Shown here piece after piece: positions 39,201 through 49,747 of a DNA stretch of 64,000 nucleotides (position 1 is the stretch's first letter; each line of letters begins with the position of its first letter). Location of the stretch: the NCBI GenBank assembly GCA_043228905.1, contig JBHGNT010000002.1, forward strand, positions 22,072,001 through 22,136,000, written 5' to 3'. Under the pieces are notes generated by a model that saw nothing but the letters and a program-made list of their open reading frames with translations, had not been told where the DNA came from and ran no database searches. Position numbers and translations under genes: made by a program. This stretch comes from Azolla caroliniana (taxonomy: Eukaryota; Plantae; Polypodiophyta).

Positions 39201-42200
39201 TTCTTTGACCACATTCACCCTTGACAACTACACGGATTACAATAAAGTGTGCTCACACACTTTTTCACACATTGTGCTTTTCTTCATAAGCACATGTTCA
39301 AAAAAGTTGAGCTCAATTCTCAACATATATATATATATAGATAGATTTAGATATAGATATATATCTTTTTAACATCCATAGGAGGCTGATTGTGATACGT
39401 GAGATGGGCCCTTGCCCACGGTGATGATCAAACTTGAGTTCTCTCAATTTTATGACTACATTGCCTCATGAAGCATATCACATGGTGCAAAACTAACCAA
39501 AAGATTTGACATCATAAAACCCACATTCAGCCATCCAACTAGTAATGAGACATCAGTCTTAGACCAAGAGCACTTTATTATAGTTTTGATATATTTCTAC
39601 ATCTTTGTACACAAATTATTATGATTCTATATTACATTTATATAATTTATGAGTAAATCCCATTACAGAGCTATAGCATTGTGTGTGTACTTATAAAGCT
39701 ATGGAACACTACGCATTGACATTACATTGTACCTGTGGATTCCCATTGACATCAATTATCAGAGATATATCAAATATAAGTTCTGGTGAAGATAACTCCA
39801 TAGCAAGGTACCTACCAAATATGTTGTAAGCCACATGTTATAAAACATTTGAACAAATATGGTAAAGTAGTAATCACCCTATATAATAAGGTGATCAACT
39901 ATTTCTGTACACATAAATATTTAATTTAGTAACGTTTTATGGCAATTGAATCTTTTTATTTACCTAATGTACACAGATAGTCGAGTTAGTTACACAATGT
40001 ATTTGTAATAGTGCCTTGAGCTTCACATGTAGATTTAATATTAGATGATATATAGATAGCTGTCCCTGAGACCTTGGGCTGAATCTAAGTGATATATCCT
40101 CCTCCTATTCCTGTATGGCATGCTTTCTTAGGAAAATTATGACATTCCATTTGCAAGGCAATGAAACGATAAAAAAGTACAGCCAATGAATCATTTCACT
40201 CCTTACAAGGACCATATGTGCATAGGAGGTTATCGGATGACTCTAGACAAGGGATCTTCGTCACATGATTGCTTGTGCATTAAGGGAGAGATAATCATCC
40301 TCCATGCAAATTCATCAATTTTTCCTTTACCCCTCTGGAATGCTAAACTAGCCAAAATTCTCCACTCTTTTGAGGTTAATTCATGTAAATCAATATTTAA
40401 ACTCTTTATGTATCATTTTCGAAAGAAATTTCTAATTTAAACCTTGCACACTCCTATTTCTAAGAATTAAATTACAAACTAATGAATATAGAAGTGGAAT
40501 AGAATGAACGTACTTATCATCTGAATGACTTATAGTATGCACCGTACCTACAAAAGTATCATAAACATAAAAAAAAGTAGGATAACCAAATAATTATGAC
40601 TTTGAAAAAAAGAGCACATAACTTACAGAATCTAGAACGGATACTACAATCCATGAGAGGAGCACATCTAAGCCCTGCAAACTCATTTTGCGGCTTATAT
40701 GTACAACTACAACAACCTCGAGTCTATAATAGCAATTATTATGCCAATTCAATTTCTTTTTTGTGATGTAAAATCATTACAATTAGTACACATGTTATGA
40801 GGAATATAGCTTACAAAATAATTGGGGTGCTCAATTGCTCCTTTAAGAGGTCTCATTTAATATTTTCGTTCACATAAAAACGTCTATGCATTACCATATA
40901 TTTGAGACAACCATTCTGTTGTATGGATATTCAATGTGTTTCTTTTTTACTTTATCAAATTATACCTGGCAATCTATGTATCTGGCAACCTTGGAGACAC
41001 ATTTCTTATCTCTTTTAGGCAGCTAAGCATACCCATTCCATTAGACCCTAGGAGAAAACTCCCGTATCCTAGGTATGCACAAGTGAGAATTTACAAGTGG
41101 GGGATGGAATACCTCTCTGAAGTTGGGCCTTTTTTCAAGCTAGGCATAAGTCTTGGTAAAAAATAACCAAGTATTCACACCATTAGTGGTGTTGGGCCTA
41201 CCCTGAATAACTCATGTTAAACATACGTCTAACTTGGCCATAGGGCTTTAACAATCTAGGAGAATATAAAGGAGAATGGATCGTCTAACTGTAATGGTAA
41301 ACATTTTAGTATTAAAACCTAGTACCTTGATTTCATAAACATCACATGTAAACAATTAGGATATGGGTTTGAGGTTCAATTTTGCAACTAATGGCCTTCC
41401 TCTAATCTTCCGCACAGCAGAGACTTGGATCCTTATTTCTCTGCTCTATGGAAGATGATGAATGAGTAAAATCTTGAACCATAGCTTGATGAGCAACTAA
41501 TGTCCCGAAAAATCTGTAGCATCTAGGAAGTTTGGTTGTCAATGTCTCCTTTGAGGAGGAATCAGGTTGGCCAATGTGATTCCCAAATCTAAATATTGCT
41601 TTGTGTACTCTACTAGTTGCCCACTAAACAGAGTACTCACCATGATAAGATCACTCGAGTAACATTAACTTGGTCTTCTACAGGTCCACAAAGAGATCTA
41701 TTTCTTCACAAAATGCCTGTAGAGTGCATGAACATGCCAATATAATATCATATACATATAGTAATAGCTCCACCCAATCTTTTGGCCCTAGGTTCGCCCA
41801 ATTTCCATGTACTCTGAAATCTTATTGATGTAAAACCAAAAGATTTGGTACCCACAAGTGAAAGATTGGTTCCAAATACATCCCATGTGACCAAGCTGGA
41901 GAGAAATTAATTGATAACAATAGATATCATCAAATTTTTCATAAGAACGAACTTGGGTCAATCAGAATGTAACCAAGGCACACACATGGAAAATTATAAG
42001 TTGATCTTTTGCATCTCCCTTTCACATGGTTTCACTATTCAAACCATCGCCTACAACTCTTTCCACAAGATCTATATACAAGTATAAGAAGAGCCTCATC
42101 AAGAGTTGAGATCAGGAACAGTAAGGCAGATTGCAGACTTATACACAAGCAATACTAATAGGGAGGCAGCTGAGTCATATTCCTACAATATAAGTGGGTC

Positions 42201-45200
42201 CTGTTGGTTTTGCATCTAATTTTGGAGGCTTCTCTCTACTATAGATCAATAATAAACACAACAATATGTGCACTAAAGCACGACGTGAAAACATTGGCTT
42301 TATATATCACATATGTGACTTTAGACATCCCCACCAACTTTGTTAAGTGTTACAATAGCCTTTATAGCCTTAAGGTTTCGGTTAAGGTCTTAAGCAACGA
42401 GTCTAACAAAATGCACAAAAAGATTTGGATAGAGCAAGATCCATAAAAGTATCATTCAAATCTTCTTAACAATCGCCTTCTTTAAATAGAAATTTATTTT
42501 CTTTTGTTTTCACTCTTTAATGTTTAATCAGAAAATACATTGTACTTGCTAGTTAAAATTTGAGGTTGTACGAAGCTTGCACTTTCTTAAATAATACTCA
42601 AACATATAACCACTTACACTAGTATGAGCTCGTGAACATATTTTTGTGTCTAAAAGTACATCTCCCCTACAAATTTTCTGTAGTAAAACTATTGTCAGAC
42701 ATCCTCATAGGCAATATCATAATGAATGCATATTCATTAACTAAGAAAAGGTAACATTAAAGCAAAACGTGGATATTAACACCCGTCTATAAATACTAAC
42801 ACCCAACTTTGTATATTAATGCAGATAAAGATAAACATTCTGTATGTAAGCAAAAGCCCCAAATAAAACATAATCACACATTTTAAGAAACATTTAAGAG
42901 CTTAAATTATTATGGGATTCTATCATCATTATTTTTATCTTTGAAGTAACAGTAGGTTTGTGTCAGAAATGATACTAACAAAAATCAGTTTATCCATAAA
43001 GAACTTTAATAGTATTGGTTATCTTTAGATCTAGTTCATCACTATGACCTCCATCCAAGTGTAAATAAATCACTTAAGAAAGAAATTGTCAATTTATTCA
43101 TTAGTTAAGATGAAAGCACTCAGTGAAGGACTTACAAAGACGTCAAAGATATGGCGCTTTTTCTGAAAAATAGAAAAGCACAAATGTCTGCTATGTTAGA
43201 ATAAATCATCAAAAGTAGTATATTATATATAGTTCATGGTCATAGCAAAAAATTGATGCCTCCTCCTACATCCTGGAACTAATACATTTTGCGCTTGAAT
43301 GTTAAACCACATTTATCATAAAGGATGTCCAAAACTCTATATTGGCTTAACATTTCATTTAGCCATCTTACTTAGGAATATTTGAACCTATTTTATTAAG
43401 AGACAACATAAGTTATAACCATTATATCCCATTATATCTATGTATTTCCAAGGAACACAAAAAATATGATTACTTTTCTGTAAGATTTTTGGTGAGAACA
43501 TACACATTTGCTATAGTCGTCGTACAGGCACTCTACCAACTCGCAATACTCTGTTATAGCGAATGGAATGAGCTATAAAATAGTTAACAATTTTCAGATT
43601 TTCATGTGGTTTTCATACTAAGTTTTATGCACTATTAAATTACAAGCATACAATAAACAATTAATTATCCTAAGAGTTGTCTCGTTTTTTAGAACAAAAA
43701 ACCAAAATACAAAGAACACGATAGATAGAGTTTACAACAATTACAATATATTAAAAAATGAGTTTTTCATAGCAATCCATCTAGCGAGTGCTCCTACCAA
43801 GTCTACTCAAGCCATTGTTTCTAGCAACACATGTTTTGGACTTCCAGTGTAATATCATGTCCACACAACGCACTTGTTAGGCTTCCTTGCGATTTAATGA
43901 AGAAATCTCTACAATTCACTAAAATCAACAATACTGAGTCTGCCCTACAAGCAACACGCTTCCTTGTTGAAACATGGAAGCATGATACTCAAAAGGATTC
44001 AAGGTTTAAGAAACTATAATGTACACTCTTTGATATGAACGAAAAATCCAACACAACAAAGAGGACAAAGTGGGGTGGCCTTTTCTATTAAAAGGGAAAT
44101 CAAAAAATGTGTTGATCATAAAAATGATGAACATAAATGCTACATATAACTCAAAATAGAAATACCTAATGGTTTGCCCACTTTTGTCATTGGATGTTAC
44201 ATTCCTCATCAAGATTCTAACTTTTATGCTTGTTTTGATAAAGACCATATTTTTGCCAATCTAGAAGATAATATTGTTTATTTCAAAACCTAAGGGGAAG
44301 TTATTGTCTTTAGTGACATGAATGTCCGTACAAGAAGTTTCTAACTTGATGAACAACAATCTTTCATGCCACATATCTCAAGAATGCAAGAGGCTATACA
44401 AATGTATAGACGCTCTTCTATTGATGAAAAAGATCCAAAACAATTTGGGAAGTGTTGGGTTCTTGCTTTGAATCCCAAAAAGCTTACCCACTTTAGGGTT
44501 ATGAGAGTATATATAAACAAGGGGAAAAAACCTCCTAAAGAGGGAAAAAATGCCCATGTTGTCCTAAGTGTGTTCACACACATCATTGTCCTAAGTGTGT
44601 TCACACACATCACTGTCCTAAGTGTGTTCACACACATCACTGTCCTAAGTGTGTTCACACATCACTGTCTTAAGTGTGTTCACACACTTCACTATCCTAA
44701 GTGTGTTCAAATAGCACTGTCCTAAGTGTGTTCACACACATCACTACCGAAATATGTCAACAAGAAGTTACTCCTACAAATGTGCAATAGTACCAGAATG
44801 CTTATTGTAACTAGTATATCCTTATGGCCAAGAATAATGGCTTTACATATAGAAAAAACGCAATGGAAATAGTATGATTGGCTATGTGCTACTTTTTAAA
44901 GGACTTTTGGATCCCATATATAAATTTTTACTTGGTGAATGGACAACAAAATTCGATCATAGGACTTTATGTATTGATCTTAAGTATATGCATAGGTTTG
45001 ATTGTAAAAAGGTCATCGAAAATAATAAATAACCGCACTTGAGCATGAACCTTAAGCGACCACCCATGTATTCCAAGATGGTTGAGGATATGTCATAAAT
45101 GACAAAGATACAACATGGTACAACACTAGAATGCAAATGGGAAGCTTTTAAAAACGTCATTCTCTCATGCACAAATGTTTTTAGACCAAGCACACATCTT

Positions 45201-48200
45201 GGAAATGCATCAAGAATGTAGTTCAAAGAAAAAATGACTTAATAAAGAATGTCATGAAGCTCGAACATGCCTTACGATTTTGGATGTAGTCAAGGATAAA
45301 GAAAATTATCAAAAACATTTGCATGAGTGAAAAAGGCTTATTTAAAGAAAGAGAAGAATATAAGAAGTCAATCAACCATTTCTCCAAACACAAGAGAAAG
45401 CACATGCATGTGCTAAATATTGGGGAAATCTAAAGGGGAAGCGTGTTGAGAGTTATGGTGACTTAACTCTTCTTGACTTGTCTATGCATTATAAGAATTT
45501 ATATGAGCTATCTCTTGCCAAAAAGATGATGTGTTATGGTTCTCTTCCACATATATCTCCATTCTTTACAATTCAAGATATATACATAGGACCTAAGAAA
45601 TTAATTAGCCCCTCGAAAGGTAAGTGATCTTCAATGTATAAAGGCTGAAATGCTCAAACGGACGGGAAAGGAAGCACATACATTAATAGGTAGCAATGGG
45701 CACGGTTCGGTTTCAATTCGATTCGGTTTCAAGGCAAGGAAATCAAATTGAACCGAAACCAAACCGTTTATATAAAACAAAAACCAAACCAAACCAAACC
45801 ATTTATGAACTCTCAAGGTATTTAAACCAAACCATTTAATAAAAAATTTAAACTTCACCAATTAAGTCAAACTAATTAAAAATCTAAATAAACAAAAATA
45901 CATTAAATTAAATAAGCATTTAAGTTAAATTTATCAAATCAATAACAAAAACTTTAATTGAACATTAAATTAAATAAAATTTTAAGTTAAATTAATTAAA
46001 TCAATAAGAAACCATTAAATTAATCAACTATTAAGGTAAACAAAAAAGTTAACCAAAAACCTATAAACCCATAAACACAAAACCAAACCATTTATTGAAA
46101 ATCCAAACCATTAAATATTTTTGGAACCAATAAACCGTTAAACCATGGCTTAACGGTTCAGCTCGATTGAGCCAAAACCGTGCCCATTGCTATTGATAAG
46201 TGATATGTTTAATCATGCATATCAACATGGCATGTCATATGATTGGACAACAAATTGGATCAAACCTAATAAAGATGGCGATGTAAATCATGTAAACAGC
46301 TATTGAACCATCATGGTTGGCTCGCTAATGGCAAAACTACTTGGATGTATAATGGAATCAAACATAAGTGCATGGTTGAAAAAAAAATGATAAGAAAGCT
46401 TATGGACAAGCTGGCTTTTGAAAACACCATAGTACCATTGATCACCTTGTTACCCTTCAAGTATTAATAAAAGAAAGTTGCTTGAGAGGTAATCAAGAAA
46501 GCTTTTGATATGGTGCCTCATGAGCATCTTTAGAAGCGAACAGAAGATCTACAAGTGTCAAGTGAATACATGCTTGCAAATTTCCCGAATCTATGACAAG
46601 GTTATACGTTGTGCAAGTATGAGCGATAGACTCTCAAAATTTCACAACACAATTGGTGTTAAGCAAAGATGCCCACTCTCACCAACTCTATTTGGTCTAT
46701 GCATTGATGAATTAGAAGAAATGGTTGCTAAGTTTGTAAAGGAAGAAAGCATTGAAAAGGTTGCCGTCAGGAATGTAGTCATCATGTTTTTGTTATATGT
46801 GGATGATTTATGGCTTTTGGCAAATACTTTAGAATATGCACAAAAGTTTATGAAGGCATTGGAAAAAATTTGCACGCATACTAAATTAAGTGTCAAAAAC
46901 TCTAAAACAAATATTATGCTTGTGAAGAGCCAAAAAAATAGATAAACCATCCATTATGTATAATAATGAGCCACATGAATGTGTGGAAAGCTTCAAATAT
47001 CTTGACCTTGAAGTTTTCAGATCATACTAGATGGAATGAATGTATTACACGTTGCTTAGAAACAAGAACGAGGGCATATTATGCATTTGAGAACACATGC
47101 AGTCATGGAGATATTAAGTGTTGGGTCCTCAAGAAATACCTTTTCGACACTTTGGTGACACCGGTGCTTCTTTATGGGGTGGAAATATGGGGCAGTAGCA
47201 TCCATAAATCTACTTGGAAAGAGTTTGAAAATGTACAAAAACATTTCCTTACAAAATTTCTACAAGTTAAGAAACAAACACCATAAACCTTCCTCCTCCT
47301 TTCTAGAATCGCATGAGAAGCAAGCAAAAAGATCCAAAAGACTCATAAAAGCAAAAATTTGTGTTCTAATTGGATGCACAATATAGGAAATTGGTTTGGT
47401 AGATGGGATGCAACACATTGTCTTCATATTGCATCACTAGAATCCTTTGTAAATGAGGCCTTTTTGCAACACCAATGTATCATTACATGGGACAAACGTG
47501 GAGGCTCGCGCTTCACATATTACAACACACACGTTGCACTAAACCATATTCTTCGCGGAACAAGGAAACCGTACACATCGATACATGTTAGAACCTATCT
47601 CGTTGTCTGCCATTCGGACCATTGCTTTCATGCGACTTAGTTCACATGCATTGCGAAGTAAAACAGGGCATTGGGGCACAAGTGATGAGAGGGATTGACT
47701 ATACACACTTTGCCCTAAACAAGTTCGAGAGTCTGAGTATCACACTTTGATACAATACCCTCCCTTTGATCATGTTCGACCATGCTTTCCACACATTTTC
47801 ACCCAAACCCAATCCTTACACGAATTCCTCTCACAACCTCAATGTGCACTCTCGATTGCAACATTCATTGGTAAAGTTATAGAACATCGACAATCGCTGC
47901 TCACTTTCACGAGTATTACGTGAACCTGCAATATTTTTTGTCTCATAGGTCATATTTGACCTCCGAAGAAGATAATAGAATCTATCTACCTATCTAGTTT
48001 GATGTGTTTCTTGATTCTTATATCGTTGCCTAATTCACAACTCAGTACTAAATAAAATGGTTAGTAGTAAGTACATTTTGCATTATTATTTTTATGTGCT
48101 ATTTATTTAATGCTAGCTATTAGCAAGGAAACTACATTGTAGACTTTAGTCATAACTCTTGACTATCAGTTATGACTAATCATATAATTCTATATATATA

Positions 48201-49356
48201 TATATATATATATAATATTATCCTGGAGTAGTTATAGCATATGTTTTGTTTTTGTTTTGGACATATATTTTACAAAATTACTTGTCTACGAGAGAGGAAC
48301 ATATTTCCCCCTATGCCTCTCTTAGAAAACATTTACATGCCATGTGATGTTTTCAAATGCCTCAACAGATGTTTGTTAAATCCTATCATTGATGTGCAAA
48401 CTTAGAAATAAATGACCTTTATTGATTGTCACCATTGGGTAGTAATTTATTATAATAAATCATTCTTTGATATCCTATGAAGAAGGGTGAGAAAAAATTA
48501 ATATAAGCATTTGAGATGAAATATAGGGGGCCTTGACTTACCAAACGAGATGAGAGTTTATATTTGATGATAGGTTCAGGTTTATGTATGGTTAATCCGA
48601 AAGGATTTTGAAAATATACAGTCTCTCCTTTGGCACTTGTGGCATCCTTTGCACTATCAATGACAACAGTAACATCCTCTGGACCTGTAGCCTATAGGAA
48701 ATTATTAACATGATAAGAATCTACAATGTCGAGGAATTCTACATAATTCATTCCGATTCAAGTTCGTTTGCCAATAATCACTACATATATGCTTGACTAT
48801 ACATTAAGTGCAATGCTTAATATGTTATCCTCTATTTTATACATTACACTGACTGAAGTTGAGGCATTGTTGTATCCACAACTAGTACAATGAGTATGAT
48901 TTCATTTACTACTTGCTCTAGTGGTTAGTGGGTACATATATAACAATACGTAGCTGTGAACTGAACCCAATACATTCATAGAATCCATATGATCCTGGTT
49001 TGGATCTATGAATTTCATGAGTAACAAATTTTGGACAACAATTTCTGCAGAATGACAAGAATCTTCACATCCTGGCATTCCCTAATTCTAATTATGGGTG
49101 TACAAAATAGATCAAAACAATTTGAGAAATTGAATTAGTCACATAAATAAACATTAAGGGATTGTTAAATATATACTTACAAAACCTTGCCAAGCCTCCA
49201 ACGCAACAACTAGCTTGCGTGTGCAACGCATGGAGCCCGTGAAGCAATTTTGCACCTCAACTTTCGTGAAGTAAAGATTTGAGTGTTCACCTTTGCATTT
49301 GTCTGATGTCTCCATATGAAACATGAAGAGAAATAGGAGAACCCTAACCAATGCCA

Positions 49357-49357
<1 letters not shown>
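21251..49357 (-). CDS. HAP2: Divergent HAP2/GCS1-like class II fusogen gene, about 17 exons, ~510-545 aa, signal peptide plus ectodomain, no TM found
   Basis: GT-AG exons with matching phases give a stop-free frame collinear with HAP2: signal peptide; C..C.RKLVV; PFGLTIHK..YKL; TEY; CCSC..GLRC..TVH; WLLIKKSEFTFNGIGCDKIG..C......SCLRND (HAP2-GCS1 domain); IEFNIDKI..RSLG; Ig-like domain III. Confidence 0.9.
21375..21463 (-). CDS. HAP2: HAP2-like exon (VTLLDAEHNQLDQRMLWMSTVA...)
   Basis: 89 nt, phase 1-0, after an 82-nt intron; aligns to AILKDSQFSEVDR.ECQFSTTA. Confidence 0.85.
21546..21639 (-). CDS. HAP2: HAP2-like exon (RGRKSISPQDEG...FEFTCY)
   Basis: 94 nt, phase 0-1; second domain III Cys. 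Confidence 0.8.
22259..22291 (-). CDS. HAP2: HAP2-like micro-exon (MDCDIALPISK)
   Basis: 33 nt, tgcag/gtaaat; aligns to FDCS. Confidence 0.75.
22548..22677 (-). CDS. HAP2: HAP2-like exon, start of domain III (SLGIIEAVRI...ITVLNIGSTQTMFQVN)
   Basis: 130 nt, phase 2-0; aligns to SPGKI...V.IKNTG...SYSLT. Confidence 0.85.
23178..23625 (-). mobile_element. RTE family A 3' fragment with TSD GTGAGA
   Basis: (TTTC)n tail; GTGAGA at 23172-23177 and 23626-23631. Confidence 0.85.
23800..25180 (-). pseudogene. Degenerate coiled-coil, Q/E/S-rich ORF, probably TE-derived (ORF1/gag-like)
   Basis: Consecutive broken - strand frames (23809-24009, 24076-24306, 24475-24726); family not recognised. Confidence 0.35.
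25570..26803 (-). mobile_element. RTE family B LINE fragments, with a 114-bp tandem duplication at 25745-25973
   Basis: GVKQGCPLSPTLFALCID; reverse-complement homology to 46300-47800. Confidence 0.8.
26804..29476 (-). mobile_element. RTE family A LINE, internally deleted (EN, linker, RT N-half, zinc motif, 3' UTR)
   Basis: EN-like WIRI..CYF..GD; STVDY; W....IVPILKSGD...NYRTI; TTLDHIFTL; CFVDLRKTFD; GVKQGC.LSPTLF; (TTCA)n tail. Confidence 0.9.
29477..29740 (-). mobile_element. RTE family A 3' UTR fragment
   Basis: Same 3' UTR and (TTTC)n tail as the other copies. Confidence 0.8.
29741..31417 (+). mobile_element. Copia 3' fragment: RNase H, PPT, 3' LTR (30828-31417)
   Basis: VLRCDNQSCM|AIAKNPVFHARTKHIE..ADIFTKAL; PPT GAGGGGGCG; TGTAAG...CTAACA. 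Confidence 0.85.
29834..30582. mobile_element. hAT-type MITE
   Basis: TIR TAGCAATGGGCACGGTT (right copy has 2 mismatches); 8-bp TSD GTTGCATG/GTTGAATG; many AAACC/AACCG subterminal repeats; internal tandem duplication. Confidence 0.9.
31430..31590 (-). mobile_element. Short internal RTE family A fragment
   Basis: KASVPHDII..IQRLWELPKRRYP, shared with 49975-50010. Confidence 0.7.
31893..31993 (-). CDS. HAP2: HAP2-like exon (PSECQCIYIP...INIEFNIDKIKFLKKR)
   Basis: 101 nt, phase 0-2; aligns to LMIELRADDIEYVFQR. Confidence 0.85.
33622..33711 (-). CDS. HAP2: HAP2-like exon (EQDAYRKKYHKWLYSVDKFGRPFSVVGLPS)
   Basis: 90 nt, ttgcag/gtaagt; aligns to D..R......PLY....F. Confidence 0.8.
34667..34858 (-). 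CDS. HAP2: HAP2-like exon with the HAP2-GCS1 signature domain
   Basis: 192 nt: WLLIKKSEFTFNGIGCDKIGISKDYF..HCFEPRGSCLRND versus canonical WMLL...FTLDGLECNKIGV...C.....SCLHNQ. Confidence 0.93.
35117..35263 (-). CDS. HAP2: HAP2-like exon (ASFTFDKQNREGVTRD...NFDDYLIALPCLEHL)
   Basis: 147 nt, phase 0-0; aligns to GPENRT..D...SFEDFYLVIP. Confidence 0.85.
35715..39325 (-). mobile_element. Copia-3, RT deleted and 3' LTR missing; lies in a HAP2-like intron
   Basis: 5' LTR 38909-39325; PBS TGGTATCAAAGC at 38897-38908; gag; INT (36320-37198); RNase H piece (35715-35990). Confidence 0.9.
39733..39811 (-). CDS. HAP2: HAP2-like exon (YLAMELSSPELIFDISLIIDVNGNPQ)
   Basis: 79 nt, phase 2-0. Confidence 0.8.
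40514..40547 (-). CDS. HAP2: HAP2-like exon (CTVHTISHSDDK)
   Basis: 34 nt, phase 1-2, after a 79-nt intron; aligns to TAHCLRF.GDW. Confidence 0.75.
40627..40723 (-). CDS. HAP2: HAP2-like exon (TRGCCSCTYKPQNEFAGLRCAPLMDCSIRSRF), cd/fusion-loop region
   Basis: 97 nt, CCxC motif plus candidate conserved Arg, phase 0-1. Confidence 0.85.
42618..42677 (-). CDS. Candidate HAP2-like exon (KICRGDVLLDTKICSRAHTS)
   Basis: 60 nt, tacag/gtaagt, phase 0-0; resembles IC..G.VL..T..IC of plant HAP2. Confidence 0.6.
43136..43162 (-). CDS. Candidate HAP2-like micro-exon (KKRHIFDVF)
   Basis: 27 nt, tttttcag acceptor and gtaagt donor, phase 0-0; no homology support. Confidence 0.45.
43504..43572 (-). CDS. HAP2: HAP2-like exon 3 (LIPFAITEYCELVECLYDDYSKC)
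   Basis: 69 nt, ttttatag/gtatgt; carries the Glu matching the KPxEY motif. Confidence 0.75.
44453..44762 (-). mobile_element. Solo LTR carrying ~7 tandem 27-bp units
   Basis: TGTTG...CAACA; TSD GGAAG/AGAAG; unit CACTGTCCTAAGTGTGTTCACACACAT at ~44558-44745. Confidence 0.8.
45691..46192. mobile_element. hAT-type MITE (same family as 29834-30582, opposite orientation)
   Basis: Perfect 17-bp TIR TAGCAATGGGCACGGTT; degenerate 8-bp TSD TTAATAGG/TTGATAAG. Confidence 0.88.
48542..48691 (-). CDS. HAP2: HAP2-like exon 2 (ATGPEDVTVVID...PFGLTIHKPEPIIKYKLSSRL)
   Basis: 150 nt, ag and gtaagt boundaries, phase 0-0. Confidence 0.85.
49181..49357 (-). CDS. HAP2: HAP2-like exon 1 (MALVRVLLFLFMFH...NC..MRCTRKLVVALEAWQGF)
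   Basis: ATG at 49357, hydrophobic signal, gtaagt donor; resembles the HAP2 N-terminus. Confidence 0.8.
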
Positions 49358-49400
<43 letters not shown>

Positions 49401-49403
<3 letters not shown>

Positions 49404-49575
49404 TCCCTCATTAATTTTCTTTTCATGTTATTTACTTTTATATTTATTGTGTAATATTTATTTTATTTTGATTTGTTCTCAAAGACGAGACAACACTTAA
49501 GATGTAATCTCTTATTTGGTCTTATAGGCCATTTTGGCCTCTTAAAAGACGTTAATATATCTTTCTTTCTTTCTT
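49401..49575 (+). mobile_element. RTE family A 3' UTR fragment just upstream of the HAP2-like ATG
   Basis: Same 3' UTR with (TTTC)n tail; abuts the (TC)n tract at 49360-49400. Confidence 0.8.
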
Positions 49576-49747
49576 CTTTCTTTCTCTCATATTAGCCTAG
49601 TGGTAAGCCAAGTGTCACTAACTCGTCCATCCAAATTCAAATCTCACTATATACACTAATTTAGTAGATGCCATTGTGGATTGTAGGGGTTAACTGCTTG
49701 ACTTTCTGATTTCCGCTACATAATCTTTCCAGCTTATCTCTCTCTCC

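Larger units (their letters stand above)
44270..47995 (+). mobile_element. RTE family B LINE, degenerate, interrupted by a solo LTR and a MITE
   Basis: EN-like DMNVRT..FGK.LLQMC; RT GVKQRCPLSPTLF, LYVDD; LFDTLVTPVLLYGVEIW; (TATC)n-like tail at ~47980. Confidence 0.8.

Noticed and set aside
44558-44745. CRISPR-like array
   Set aside because: Head-to-tail units with no unique spacers, inside a solo LTR, in eukaryotic context
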